64,000 bases of DNA from Candidatus Oxydemutatoraceae bacterium (GTDB lineage Bacteria > Pseudomonadota > Gammaproteobacteria > Poriferisulfidales > Oxydemutatoraceae): positions 672,001 through 736,000 of the forward strand of contig OZ244717.1 of assembly GCA_965218975.1 (NCBI GenBank), read 5' to 3'. A program made the position numbers and the translations under genes. The notes under the pieces were generated by a model. It was not told the origin of the DNA. It saw only the letters and a list, made by a program, of their open reading frames with translations, and made no database searches. Positions 21,708 through 31,859 of the stretch are shown here, piece by piece (the first letter of the stretch is position 1; the number at the start of each line of letters is the position of its first letter).

Positions 21708-22180
21708 TGGATTTTTATCGAAACTACTAAAACCGGATGGTCGGCTGGCGATTATCCGCAATTTACTCTACGGTCTAAGTGCGCATACGGCACCGAGCCA
21801 CATTGGATCTTAAAAGTATATCGCACCCTTACCTAATTGGAAAACACCTGTACGTGTCCAATACATTCCGGACAAATGAGGCCAGGCAAATAGGGCAGTC
21901 GTCGGACAATGACTTGGTACGGAACCATATCGTTTAATCCCCGGTGGAGGTGCCCGCCGGGGTGCTCGCCGTTGTAACGTTGCGGGTAATCAATCATCTG
22001 CCGGTTAGACTCACCGATGTTTTCAGGCAATCACGCTTCCCGACAAGCTGCCACTCTTCGTCAAATGCGCTTGGGTACACCCTGGTCCGTAGTTTCTCCC
22101 GAAACAGCAAGCCGGTCATTGACCGGCAGGGAACGCCATGTGTTGCGGCCGGGCCATGTTTGTCCCGGAATAGCAGGGCT

Positions 22181-23839
22181 TCAAGTTTCTGCCGGGCTTC
22201 GGTTCTTATCGTCGTCTCTGTTTCTGTTGTATTCTTGAATCCATTGCTCGGCCTCTTCCTCGGTGTAACGGCCTGTCACTGCGCGTGAGTCTTGGGGCAA
22301 TTCATGACTCTCCGGTTGTCCTACATGCTTTTGCAGTCTCTCCTTGAGGTCTTGAGTACGTTCTTTTCCTATGTATCCGGAGACATTTCCGATGATACGC
22401 TCCACATCCTCTTCGCTTAATCCGCCGGAAAAAACAACGCGTGACAAATCCGAGTCCTTGCCTATGTGAGACCTAATCCTGGCATGGAATGCGCCAATCG
22501 AACCGCCATCGCAAAACACACCTCGGAATTGTGCTACCTCGAGATCCGCTTCTTGAAATTGTGCTCCCCCGAGCTCCGCTCCTTGAAATTGTGCTCCCCC
22601 GAGATCCGCTCCTTGGAATTTTGCTTCCAGGAGATTCGCTCCTTGAAATTTTGCTTCCCAGAGCTTCGCTCCTTGAAATTGTGCTCCCCTGAGATACGCT
22701 CCTTGAAATTGTGCATCCTCGAGCTTCGCTCCTTGGAATTGCGCTTCCCAGAGCCTCACTACTCCTTGAAATCGTGCTCCCCTGAGCTCTGCTCCTTGAA
22801 ATTGTGCTCTCCGGAGATCCGCTCCTTGAAATTGTGCTACCCAGAGCTCCGCTCCTTGAAATTGTGCATCCCAGAGATCCGCTCCTTGAAATTGTGTCCC
22901 CCGGAGATCCGCTCCTTGAAATTGTGTCCCCCGGAGATCCGCTCCTTGAAATTGTGTCCCCCGGAGATCCGCTCCTTGAAATCGGATGCTGTCGTGTAGT
23001 GCGACACCTCGAAAATAAGCTTCGGACAAGTCCGGTGTCCGGTCTTTCCAGAATTGTTTCAGTGTTTTTTCGGAGTGTATCTTTGTTGTAAACAGCAATT
23101 CCAGCAGCGACCGGATTTCGGCAGAGGGCTTATTCGCATATTCCTCCTGGTATTCTTTTCTGCTCGTGGTCTCGCGAATATGCGCGCATAAGATTTCCGC
23201 AATGGATGCACGCAGCCTGTCCTCGTCCAGGGCAAGGTAAAATAAGGCATAGGCCCCGCCCTGGCGCACAGATACCTGTTCTTTTCCAAGGTGATCTACC
23301 GCATCGCGAAAACGCTGCTGACGGTGACCCTTCTCTGTTGCTTTGACGACATCGGCCTGAGCTTGGGCGGTCTTGTCCTGGGCTTGGGCGGTCTTGTCCT
23401 GGGCTTGGGCGGTCTTGTCCTGGGCTTGGGCGGTCTTGACCTGGGCTTGAGCGGTCTCGTTCATTGCATCAGCTCTTCGTAAGGCTGCCAGGACTGCCAG
23501 TGCGGAAACTAAACCGGCCAGAGCCAACGCCAGGGATTGAATAACATCCCGCTTATCTTCTACACCCAGGGAATAACATAAGAACGAGCCAAATTCGAGG
23601 CAGTCTTTAGGCACGAAAAACAACGTCAAGATAAGCAGGGCAAAAACTATAAAAACGAAAACCAGAATAAGTATTTCTATCCATCGTTCAGGCCAGGCTA
23701 AGAGACGCAATCTTTCCCTGTATATGGCCAAGTAGGGCCGAATCTTCTTCCATGCAGGCCCAGCGAAACCGCGCAATCTTTTCATGCACCTGGTTCGGTA
23801 GGACCGAATCTTCTGCCTTAAGTCGGTGAGTTTATTCAT
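22181..23839 (-). CDS. Membrane-anchored pentapeptide-repeat protein, paralog 2 (15 decapeptide units)
   Basis: Near-identical to paralog 1 except the distal repeats/cap and one extra AQAQDKT heptad. Confidence 0.92.
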   Translation of the reverse strand: MNKLTDLRQKIRSYRTRCMKRLRGFAGPAWKKIRPYLAIYRERLRLLAWPERWIEILILVFVFIVFALLILTLFFVPKDCLEFGSFLCYSLGVEDKRDVIQSLALALAGLVSALAVLAALRRADAMNETAQAQVKTAQAQDKTAQAQDKTAQAQDKTAQAQADVVKATEKGHRQQRFRDAVDHLGKEQVSVRQGGAYALFYLALDEDRLRASIAEILCAHIRETTSRKEYQEEYANKPSAEIRSLLELLFTTKIHSEKTLKQFWKDRTPDLSEAYFRGVALHDSIRFQGADLRGTQFQGADLRGTQFQGADLRGTQFQGADLWDAQFQGAELWVAQFQGADLRRAQFQGAELRGARFQGVVRLWEAQFQGAKLEDAQFQGAYLRGAQFQGAKLWEAKFQGANLLEAKFQGADLGGAQFQGAELGGAQFQEADLEVAQFRGVFCDGGSIGAFHARIRSHIGKDSDLSRVVFSGGLSEEDVERIIGNVSGYIGKERTQDLKERLQKHVGQPESHELPQDSRAVTGRYTEEEAEQWIQEYNRNRDDDKNRSPAET

Positions 23840-24010
23840 CTTTACACCTCCGGCGCGAGAACAGACGTCTTTGTTCTCGATGCCGTAAACATCAGTGATG
23901 TTTCCGCAGAAAAAATCCTGCAGAAAATCTCTGCGGGCTGAAAGAAACGAGGCGTAGGCCTCAAATTGAAAATCAAGCGGTGCGGATGTTCAGGGTAACG
24001 CAAGACGTAA

Positions 24011-24229
24011 TTAAAGCCGGCTCATGCCGGCAAAAGCAGTGATCGGCGCTGTCACAACCAGAATTACCGAGATCGCCAAGCTGACAAACCAGGTTTTGCC
24101 TGAATCGATCCTGTCGCAGATATTCTTTACTTCGGTACCAATGTGGGCACGCAGCCCTTTTACCTCGGTATCAATCTTCTTATCAAGAGCCTGTAGCTGC
24201 TGATAGATTATTTCTAGTGTAACTTCCAT
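24011..24229 (-). CDS. Small coiled-coil/TM protein, duplicate of 21064-21282
   Basis: 72 aa, differs at a few residues from the 21064 copy. Confidence 0.7.
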   Translation of the reverse strand: MEVTLEIIYQQLQALDKKIDTEVKGLRAHIGTEVKNICDRIDSGKTWFVSLAISVILVVTAPITAFAGMSRL

Positions 24230-24432
24230 AAATTTTTCCTTATCAGTGCAAGATCAGCACAAGGGAACCCCTCACGAGCCCCTTCCCTGCAAACGAGTAA
24301 AAAGGCAAGGCACGCACCTTACAGGCTTAAAAGCAGAGTAAAGGGAAGGCGGCAGGTTTGTCAAATCAGTGCATCGATCCAAAACACCCGTTTCGTGCAG
24401 CTGCAATTTGTGACGGATCGTTCCGCGCATCC

Positions 24433-24620
24433 TCATGTTTGCAGTCTCGTTATCAAACTAACCGCGGCAATAATGATGCCGGCAATGATAGTCATCCGCC
24501 AGGTGAGCCCGGCTTCCAGCCAGGCTAACTCGGTTTTAAGTTCAGCTTTTAGCTCAGTCAGACCCGCCTTGGTTGCAGCATTATTTCAATTCGCCGCGAC
24601 CGGCTGCATTTCGTTGGACT
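24433..24620 (-). pseudogene. DUF1640/CCDC90-like gene remnant
   Basis: ...AAN*NNAATKAGLTELKAELKTELAWLEAGLTWRMTIIAGIIIAAVSLITRLQT*; in-frame stop; 5' end lost next to the IS. Confidence 0.7.
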
Positions 24621-24659
24621 GATCACGAGACCAAGCAAGAAGTATATCTACATTTTCAC

Positions 24660-26573
24660 TCTTGACTTCGTAGGTTTTGACCTTTGGGCAAAAAATAAAT
24701 CCTTTATTATCATAGGGTTACCCGGACGCTGCCGAAAAACCCTATTGTAGTGCCCTCAGGCTTGTTTTATCTTGGATTTTGGGTTATCATTCGGGTCTAT
24801 GTACTTGCGTGAAAAATATGATCCCGAACGTGGCCGCACTCGCTTGCAGATCGTGCGTTCCGTGCGCACTGCCGATGGTCCCCGTCAGCGTGTGGTGCGG
24901 CATATCGGCACTGCCGACAGTCCCGAGCAGCTTGCATCTTTGCGCAAGCTCGGCGAGGTCACCTTGGAAGAGCTGCGCCAAGCCGGTACAGCACAACAGT
25001 CGCTGTTCACACCGAAGCAGTACGCGGATCTCGCAGCTGAGGCACGGCGCGCACCACGGCTGGCGCGCTTCGGGGTAGATCTTGCCGAATGCCGTGAGGA
25101 GATGCGGCTGATGCTTGGGGTGCGCGAGGCGTTCACGCAGATTTATTCGCACTTGGGTTGGAACCAGGTGTTGGGGGCGCGGCGCACAGTAGCGAACCGC
25201 ATCCTGCGCGAGCTGGTACTGGCGCGTATCGCGCAGCCGCAGAGCAAGCGCGCTACGGTGTGCGAGCTCGAACGAAGCGGCGTTTCGCTCAATCTCGACC
25301 GGGTTTACCAGACTATGGACCACCTTGAGGAGGCGGTGATTGCGCGCATCCGGGAACAGTCTCATCAGGCGGCACAGAAGTTGTATGATCAGCCCCTCAA
25401 GGTGTTCTTCTTTGATTGCACGACCCTGTACTTTAAGAGCGAGCAAGAGGACCCGTTGCGCGCGAAAGGTTATAGTAAGGACGGCAAGCCGCACCGCTGC
25501 CAGGTGTTACTGGCACTGATGACGACCTGCGACGGTCTGCCGGTGGACTACGCACTGTTGCCGGGCAACACCTTTGAGGGTAAAACCTTGATGCAGGCAG
25601 TGACAAGTCTGCAACAGAGACATCCGGGTGCTGTATTTACAGTAGTGGCCGATGCGGCGATGCTGAGCCGTGAGAACCAGACATTCCTGCAGGAGCAGGG
25701 CTTGGCCTATGTGCTCGGCTATCGTCTCAAGTCGGCCCCGGTCAAGATCAAGCTGCAGGCCCTCAGTGCAGCAGACGATCAAGGCTGGCTCAAAACGCAA
25801 GACCTGCGTTACCGGATGATTCGCCACGAAGGTCGGCAAATCATAGTCACCTATTCGCGCCGGCGCGCGCGCAAGGACCAAGAAGTTCGGGAACGCATAT
25901 TGGCACAGTTGCGCCGGAAGTATCAACGCAGCGAGCGCCCGGCAGGTTTCGTGGCGCGCGGCTATGCCTGTTACTTAAGCTTCCCCGCAAAGGGCCGGGT
26001 TAAGATTGATGCAGCCAAGGTGGCCGATGCGGCGCGTTGGGACGGCCTGCGCGCAATCATCGCACACGGCAACGAGGAGATGGCGCCAAAGGAATTGCTG
26101 TCGCAGTACCGTCGGTTGTGGGAAGTAGAACATTGCTTTCGCACCAACAAGCATGACCTTTGCATCCGCCCGATCTTTCACTGGAAGCCACGGCGTATCC
26201 AGGCACACATTGCGATCTGCTACATGGCCTTCTGCTGTTTGCAGCAGCTGCGCCGGCGGCTTAAGGCACTGGGCTTCCCGATGAGCGCGGAACGAATCCG
26301 GCGCGAGCTCGACACCTTGCAGTTGAGCATCTTGGTATGTACCGACACACAGAAGCGGTATGCGATGCCGAGCCGCGCGAGTGCGGACGCCAATAGGATC
26401 TACCGTAGTGTCGGCCTGAAATGGAACGAAGCTCCGTTCCCGCTTCCCGACAAGTCACGCCCTGGGGGAAGCTGAGCGCGGAGGACTACAAACAACACCG
26501 TAATGTAGTGCCCTTAAGAATCCTGAAGGCAATAATATCAATCACTTACGAGACAAAACCTACGAAGTCAAGA
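24660..26573 (+). mobile_element. IS1634-family insertion sequence
   Basis: 20-bp terminal inverted repeats tcttgacttcgtaggttttg / caaaacctacgaagtcaaga; no target duplication visible. Confidence 0.88.
24799..26475 (+). CDS. IS1634-family DDE transposase
   Basis: FFDCTTLYF, GYSKDGK, VVADAAM, YRRLWEVEHCFRTNKHDLCIRPIFHW, AHIAICYMA; ATG at 24799. Confidence 0.92.
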   Translation: MYLREKYDPERGRTRLQIVRSVRTADGPRQRVVRHIGTADSPEQLASLRKLGEVTLEELRQAGTAQQSLFTPKQYADLAAEARRAPRLARFGVDLAECREEMRLMLGVREAFTQIYSHLGWNQVLGARRTVANRILRELVLARIAQPQSKRATVCELERSGVSLNLDRVYQTMDHLEEAVIARIREQSHQAAQKLYDQPLKVFFFDCTTLYFKSEQEDPLRAKGYSKDGKPHRCQVLLALMTTCDGLPVDYALLPGNTFEGKTLMQAVTSLQQRHPGAVFTVVADAAMLSRENQTFLQEQGLAYVLGYRLKSAPVKIKLQALSAADDQGWLKTQDLRYRMIRHEGRQIIVTYSRRRARKDQEVRERILAQLRRKYQRSERPAGFVARGYACYLSFPAKGRVKIDAAKVADAARWDGLRAIIAHGNEEMAPKELLSQYRRLWEVEHCFRTNKHDLCIRPIFHWKPRRIQAHIAICYMAFCCLQQLRRRLKALGFPMSAERIRRELDTLQLSILVCTDTQKRYAMPSRASADANRIYRSVGLKWNEAPFPLPDKSRPGGS

Positions 26574-26823
26574 TACCCCGCGATGCCCCAGCGCATAAGT
26601 TCAGAAACATCATCATCGCCGGTGTTATCATTGACTGCAGCCATTGATCCGGCTCTCTGGGCATCCCGCCTCGCGGACGAGCACCGGTACGGGAACAATG
26701 TCGCCAATCTGGAGGCCAGTGATCCCTGGTATCCTCTGAAATCCGCGTTTCAACCGCTACCCAAGGAACGCCGTGAGTCGGTACCGGCGGCGTAGAAACC
26801 GGTCCGATCAAGCATTTCCATCT

Positions 26824-27123
26824 TTAACCTTTATAAGATTTCTCTTGCAGTCCTAGTAGCTTATTTATGTTTTTCATCTCGGTGTCTAGTCGCTGATTTA
26901 TACCTTTTATATCGCCTTTTATCGCTTCGTTGCCTACTAATATCTTAGTAATATTCTCATTAATGCTACCGAGAGTATTTGTTAAATCCTCTATATTCTT
27001 TTTATTGTTTTCCGCCTCTTTCTTAGTTTCCGCCAGCGTAATCCCTCCCCATCCCAGGGAGGTAAGAAGTGCTGCCAACAAAACCCCTATAATCGTCTCA
27101 GATGTATACTTTGGAATGTTCAT
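26824..27123 (-). CDS. Small protein, N-terminal TM plus coiled coil, AT-rich
   Basis: IIGVLLAALLTSLGWGGI then heptad-rich region. Confidence 0.65.
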   Translation of the reverse strand: MNIPKYTSETIIGVLLAALLTSLGWGGITLAETKKEAENNKKNIEDLTNTLGSINENITKILVGNEAIKGDIKGINQRLDTEMKNINKLLGLQEKSYKG

Positions 27124-27183
27124 AAAAGCATTGTATCACAAACATATTTTGGTTTTAGTGGCTTTGTACGATGTCACCCTAGA

Positions 27184-27465
27184 GGGTGAGACGCGCCCGG
27201 AAAACCGAACGGTTTTCAGCGGCGAACGACCCGACAAGGACGTCGGGGCTGGGGCTTGTTGACAGAACCCAGTCGCGTCATGGGTGAGCCGCGCCCGGAA
27301 AACCAATTGGTTTTCAGCGGCGAACGACCCGACAAGGACGTCGGGGCTGGGGTTCATTAACAGCACAAAGTCTCGTCACGGATGACATGTACTTTGCTAA
27401 TAATCCGGCACAATCCTCCGACAACCACCAACAAACAAAAACCCGCCACCAAACACAAAACGGTC
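27184..27465. repeat. Element C, inverted orientation (two X modules plus degenerate Y module)
   Basis: gggtgagacgcgcccggaaaacc...ggggcttgttgacagaacccagtcgcgtca is the reverse complement of the 5563/40269 copies. Confidence 0.88.
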
Positions 27466-27578
27466 CCAAATATTCCTGAGCTTATGCATTGCGTGCGTAA
27501 GCGTTGTAAACTCTTGCATGATATTCCCTAAAATAGGTTTTGTATCTCAATAACAACAACCATAAGCGGTGACCAATC

Positions 27579-28685
27579 ATGACAACCAAAGAACTAAGCG
27601 ACGACCTAGAACGAATCTTGAAACTCAATCCACCAGTAAAAAGGGCGGCATACAGTGATCGGATCGCATGGTTAATGGCGATATTCTCCGAGCTTGCCTA
27701 CACACGGTTCGATGAAGAAAACCAAGATTCCTTAATGAGTTTAGCTACCGAACTTGCAGCAATGACCGACGAGAAGAGTATTGCTCAAAAATTACGCACT
27801 TTGTCAAGTTTAGTACCTACCGAAGCCGATGCCGGTAATAAGATACTTCGATCCGTATTGGCTATTGGTGAGTTTGAATTGAAATGTGTGCTGAATAACT
27901 CGGGTACTGACACGCAAGGATTTATTGCCGTTCGAAAATCTGATGATGGCACAGGAATGGTCGTCTTGAGTTTCCGAGGCACGCAACAGATTAAGGATTG
28001 GATGACTAATTTACGTGTCGATAAGATTCCTATTAAGAAGACAGACCGGTCGGGCACTACAACTGTAGGAAATGTTCATAAAGGTTTTCATAAAGCGTTC
28101 GAATCAGTTGAAAGACAGATTCAAGATTGTCTAAACAATTGTGGTGATTTGCCAATTTACATCACCGGTCACTCTTTGGGGGGCGCTTTGGCCGTTCTTG
28201 CAACATGGTTCATCTCGGGTGAAAAGCTGGCTGCTTGCTACACATTCGGAGCGCCCAGAGTCGGCGACGAAAAGTTAATGAATCGCTTTTATACCCCCAT
28301 TTATCGCATCGTGAACGGCGCCGACCCGGTCCCTTTCGTGCCCCCGTCGGGAAAAATCATAGGACCCCTAAAGGCCATCGTGCGAGCTATTGGTGTGGTT
28401 ATCACCCCAATGGATGTATTGACGAATATGTTGGTCAAGTCCCAGGGATATCGTCATTATGGGTTCCAGCGTTACCTCTCAATCTGTGAAAAAGGAATAT
28501 CTGGAACATATCCGGGTCTTAGGAATGAGTACGGCATAGGAAGTGTTGAAAGACTATGGCGCTACGTTGGACGATTAGTACGGGGTGAAATCAAAGAACA
28601 AAAACGAATAGACAAGTACCACGATATTTCTATTTATCGCGATAAACTTAGAGCATTCGCTATCAAGAGACAAAATCAGAAGTGA
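27579..28685 (+). CDS. Lipase class 3 family protein
   Basis: SFRGT, VHKGF, ITGHSLGGALA, YTFGAPRVG, DPVPFVP. Confidence 0.9.
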   Translation: MTTKELSDDLERILKLNPPVKRAAYSDRIAWLMAIFSELAYTRFDEENQDSLMSLATELAAMTDEKSIAQKLRTLSSLVPTEADAGNKILRSVLAIGEFELKCVLNNSGTDTQGFIAVRKSDDGTGMVVLSFRGTQQIKDWMTNLRVDKIPIKKTDRSGTTTVGNVHKGFHKAFESVERQIQDCLNNCGDLPIYITGHSLGGALAVLATWFISGEKLAACYTFGAPRVGDEKLMNRFYTPIYRIVNGADPVPFVPPSGKIIGPLKAIVRAIGVVITPMDVLTNMLVKSQGYRHYGFQRYLSICEKGISGTYPGLRNEYGIGSVERLWRYVGRLVRGEIKEQKRIDKYHDISIYRDKLRAFAIKRQNQK

Positions 28686-29423
28686 CCAGCATTGATGGTG
28701 GTGGTGCTCCTTCAAGAATGTAACATCCTCGCGGCATCGTGTGAAGTGGAGGGAACCATCTGCCAAGCCGGTGGATATTCACCGGTGTTTGCGTTCAACG
28801 TGGGGATATTGACTGCAAGGATAGACGATATCTGTCTTTGAGTATGCCCACTCACGCATAGGGCAGACATTAAAATAGATTACACAGATTGAGGTGGAAC
28901 AACGCAAGTTGATCTGGCATCGTGCTGCGCGTCAGCGGTGGAAAACAATCTACTGGAAGCCGGGCTGCGGCCGGACAACCGCATGACGTAAATGGAATGT
29001 GACACCGGCTAAAATTGCCGGTCACCTGAGCGCGTTAGAGCATAGCGTTAGGGCATAACTAACATTACGATATTGGTTATTGTGCGTGTCCAATACATTC
29101 CGGACAAATGAGGCCCGGGTAAATAGAGCGGCTGCCGGGCAATGACTTGGCACGGAACCATATCGTTTAATCCCCGGTGGAGGTGCCCGCCGGGGTGCTC
29201 GCCGTTGTAACGTTGCGGGTAATCAATCATCTGCCGGTTAGACTCATTGATGTTTTCAAGTAATTGCGCTTCCCGGCAGGCTGTTACTCTTCGTCACCCT
29301 TCGTCAAATGTGCTCGGGTACACCCTGGTCCGTAGTTTCTCTCGAAACAGCAAGCCGATCACCGATCGGCAGGGAATACCATGTGTTGCGGCCGGAACAT
29401 GTTTGTCCCGGAATAGCAGAGCT

Positions 29424-30809
29424 TCAAATTTCTGCCGGGCTTCGGTTCTTATCGTCGTCTCTGTTTTTATTGTATTCTTGAATCCATTGCTCGGCCTTTT
29501 CCTTTTTGTAATGGCCTGTCTCTGCGCCTGAGTCTTCGGGCAATTCATGACCCTCCGGTGATCCTACATGCTTTTCCAGTTTCTCCTTGAGGTCTTGAGC
29601 ATATTCTTTTCCTATGTATTCGGAGATACTTCCGATGATACGTTCCACACCCTCTTCGCTTAATCCGCCGGAAAAAACAACGGATGACAAATCCGAGTCC
29701 TCGCCTATGCGAGACTTAATCCTGTCCTCGAATGTTTGAGACAGATGCTCACCGCAAAACACACCTTGGAATTGTGCTCTCTCGAGATTCGCTCCTTGAA
29801 ATTGTGCTCCCTCAAGATACGCTCCCTGAAATTGTGCTACCCGAAGATCCGCTCCTTGAAATTGTGCTCCCTTAAGATCCGCTCCTTGAAATTGTGCTAC
29901 CCAGAGCTCCGCTCCTTGAAATTGTGCTCCCCAGAGCTTCGCTCCTTGAAATTGTGCTACCCGAAGATCCGCTCCTTGAAATTGTGCTCCCCAGAGCTTC
30001 GCTCCTTGAAATTGTGCTTCCCGGAGATCCGCTCCTTGAAATCGGGCGCCGCCATACGGTGTGACATCCAGTGCGACACCTCGAAAATAAGCTTCGGACA
30101 AGTCCGGTGTCAGGTCTTTCCAGAATTGTTTCAGTGTTTTTTCGGAGTGTATCTTTATTGTAAACAGCAATTCCAGCAGCGACCGGATTTCGATAGATGG
30201 CTTATTCGCATATTCCTCCCGGTATGCTGCTTCTGTACTCGTGGTCCCACGAATGTGTGCGCATAAGATTTCCGCAATGGATGCACGCAACCTTTCCTCG
30301 TCTAGGGCAAGGTAAAATAAGGCATAGGCCCCGCCGTGGCGTACAGATACATGTTCTTTTCCAAGGTGATCTACCGCATCGCGAAAACGCTGCTGACGGT
30401 GACCCTTCTCTGTTGCTTTGACGACATCGGCCTGAGCTTGGGCGGTCTTGTCCTGGGCTTGGGCGGTCTCGACCTGGGCTTGAGCGGTCTTGTTTAGTGC
30501 GGTGGCTCTTCGTAAGGCCGCCAGGACTGCCAGTGCGGAAACTAAACCGGCCAGAGCCAACGCCAGGGATTGAATAACATCCCGCTTATCTTCTACACCC
30601 AGGGAATAACATAAGAACGAGCCAAATTCGAGGCAGTCTTTAGGCACAAAAAACAACGTCAAGATAAGCAGTAGTAAAACTATCAAAACTAAAACCAGAA
30701 TAAGTATTTCTATCCATCGTTCAGGCCCACCGAGGAGACCGCGCAATCTTTTCATGCACCTGGTTCGGTAGGACCGAATCTTCTGCCTTAGGTCGGTGAG
30801 TTTATTCAT
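29424..30809 (-). CDS. Membrane-anchored pentapeptide-repeat protein, paralog 3 (9 decapeptide units)
   Basis: Same architecture as paralogs 1/2, shorter N-terminus; downstream ~340 bp also homologous. Confidence 0.92.
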   Translation of the reverse strand: MNKLTDLRQKIRSYRTRCMKRLRGLLGGPERWIEILILVLVLIVLLLLILTLFFVPKDCLEFGSFLCYSLGVEDKRDVIQSLALALAGLVSALAVLAALRRATALNKTAQAQVETAQAQDKTAQAQADVVKATEKGHRQQRFRDAVDHLGKEHVSVRHGGAYALFYLALDEERLRASIAEILCAHIRGTTSTEAAYREEYANKPSIEIRSLLELLFTIKIHSEKTLKQFWKDLTPDLSEAYFRGVALDVTPYGGARFQGADLREAQFQGAKLWGAQFQGADLRVAQFQGAKLWGAQFQGAELWVAQFQGADLKGAQFQGADLRVAQFQGAYLEGAQFQGANLERAQFQGVFCGEHLSQTFEDRIKSRIGEDSDLSSVVFSGGLSEEGVERIIGSISEYIGKEYAQDLKEKLEKHVGSPEGHELPEDSGAETGHYKKEKAEQWIQEYNKNRDDDKNRSPAEI

Positions 30810-30810
30810 C

Positions 30811-30920
30811 TTTGAAGCAAAATTGGCTCATATAGAAACCTTTGATGCGGTGGCCGATGTGCTGATATTGCATATCGGTCACCTTTTCGAGTCGTGCCGT
30901 GAGTCCCATATGTATCCGGC
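30811..30920. repeat. Dispersed hairpin element A
   Basis: tttgaagcaaaattggctcatatagaaacctttgatgc-ggtggccgatgtgc-tgatatt-gcatatcggtcacc-tttt...; ends 1 nt from the ATG of paralog 3. Confidence 0.9.
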
Positions 30921-30978
30921 GACCGAACCACGCTCGTTGCAATCCTGTTCGGTGTTCAAGCAGCAAAAATAATGAGAC

Positions 30979-31170
30979 TTAACCGGTAAATCGCAGAGCG
31001 AGAAACAAGATCGTGTTGAGAACTCCAACCACAATAAAACAGATTTGCCAAACATCAGCCTTCGTCACAACATCATCAGTGTGCGCAAACATATCAGCAA
31101 CAGATTTGGCTTGTTCATCGCTGACATTTGGAATCTTCTTTAAGATTTCGTATAACTCAATTGTACTCAT
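30979..31170 (-). CDS. Small DUF1640/CCDC90-like membrane-anchored protein
   Basis: Head (ELYEILKKIPNVSDEQAKSVAD), VTKAD neck motif, C-terminal TM. Confidence 0.7.
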   Translation of the reverse strand: MSTIELYEILKKIPNVSDEQAKSVADMFAHTDDVVTKADVWQICFIVVGVLNTILFLALRFTG

Positions 31171-31174
31171 GGTT

Positions 31175-31522
31175 TTATTTTTGTTGTTCTTGCTCTTCTT
31201 TTCTTTGTTGCTTTTGTTCTTCTTTCTCTAATTCTTCAAGTTGCTCAGCTTGTCTTTTATTAACTGTGCCTTTTTCCCCTTGTCGTATCAATCCTTTAAT
31301 TCCTTCGATTATCTCATTACCAAACCTCTCAAGCTGCCTACCTAAATCCTTCATTCGGTCCCACATAGATTTGTCTTTCTGATCTTTTACGTCTTCTTTG
31401 GAAGCTTCAGAGCCACCGCTACCATACTCCTCTCCTGCGGTCACCGCATCCTTTTGTGCAGACGTAGTAAAAGGGGTAATAACTAGTAAAATCGAAAAAA
31501 TCAAAATACAAGTTTTAGTCAT
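31175..31522 (-). CDS. Small secreted helical protein with Q/E-rich tail
   Basis: Signal peptide (TSA|QK), amphipathic helix, charged tail. Confidence 0.65.
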   Translation of the reverse strand: MTKTCILIFSILLVITPFTTSAQKDAVTAGEEYGSGGSEASKEDVKDQKDKSMWDRMKDLGRQLERFGNEIIEGIKGLIRQGEKGTVNKRQAEQLEELEKEEQKQQRKEEQEQQK

Positions 31523-31807
31523 AATGACCGCTAGTATAGCATGTCCCTATTTTCCCCTTGATCAACGCGCCGTAGGCGCAAAGTCTGTTCCGGTTTCTCA
31601 TAATGTATAGGTCCATAACATTTGGCACGAGCCTTCGCGGCCCTCTCAGCCGACGAGCAAAGCGCCGAATTAGAAGGGATTAGGATACCTTCGCCTTCCG
31701 AATCGTCGCGCTACGGGCGAGTTTCGCTGCCGATTTTGCCTCGGAGAAGTGGAAACGGACGAAAACGCCGCGGGGCAGAGGGGCAGGCAACTCAAAGCCC
31801 GGACACG

Positions 31808-31834
31808 GAAAAGCCGCCCGAAGGCGGCTTTCTC
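31808..31834 (-). terminator. Terminator hairpin after ORF 31860-32084
   Basis: aaagccgcc-ttcg-ggcggctttt on the minus strand. Confidence 0.75.
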
Positions 31835-31859
31835 ACGGGCCGGTCGGTAAAGGGCGAAA

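Larger units (their letters stand above)
18595..24493. repeat. Tandem duplication of ~2.95 kb (18595-21543 and 21544-24493)
   Basis: pyrE 5' end, spacer, pentapeptide gene and small TM gene all recur at an offset of ~2947-2949 with near identity. Confidence 0.93.

Noticed and set aside
19543-30266. Plus-strand LKLCSPEIRS / LEIVLPGDPL repeat ORFs that look like LRRs
   Set aside because: Antisense frames of the 30-nt pentapeptide repeats
19243-30809. Diversity-generating retroelement acting on the pentapeptide or LRR repeats
   Set aside because: No reverse transcriptase or template repeat in the window, and changes such as CGG/TGG are not adenine-specific
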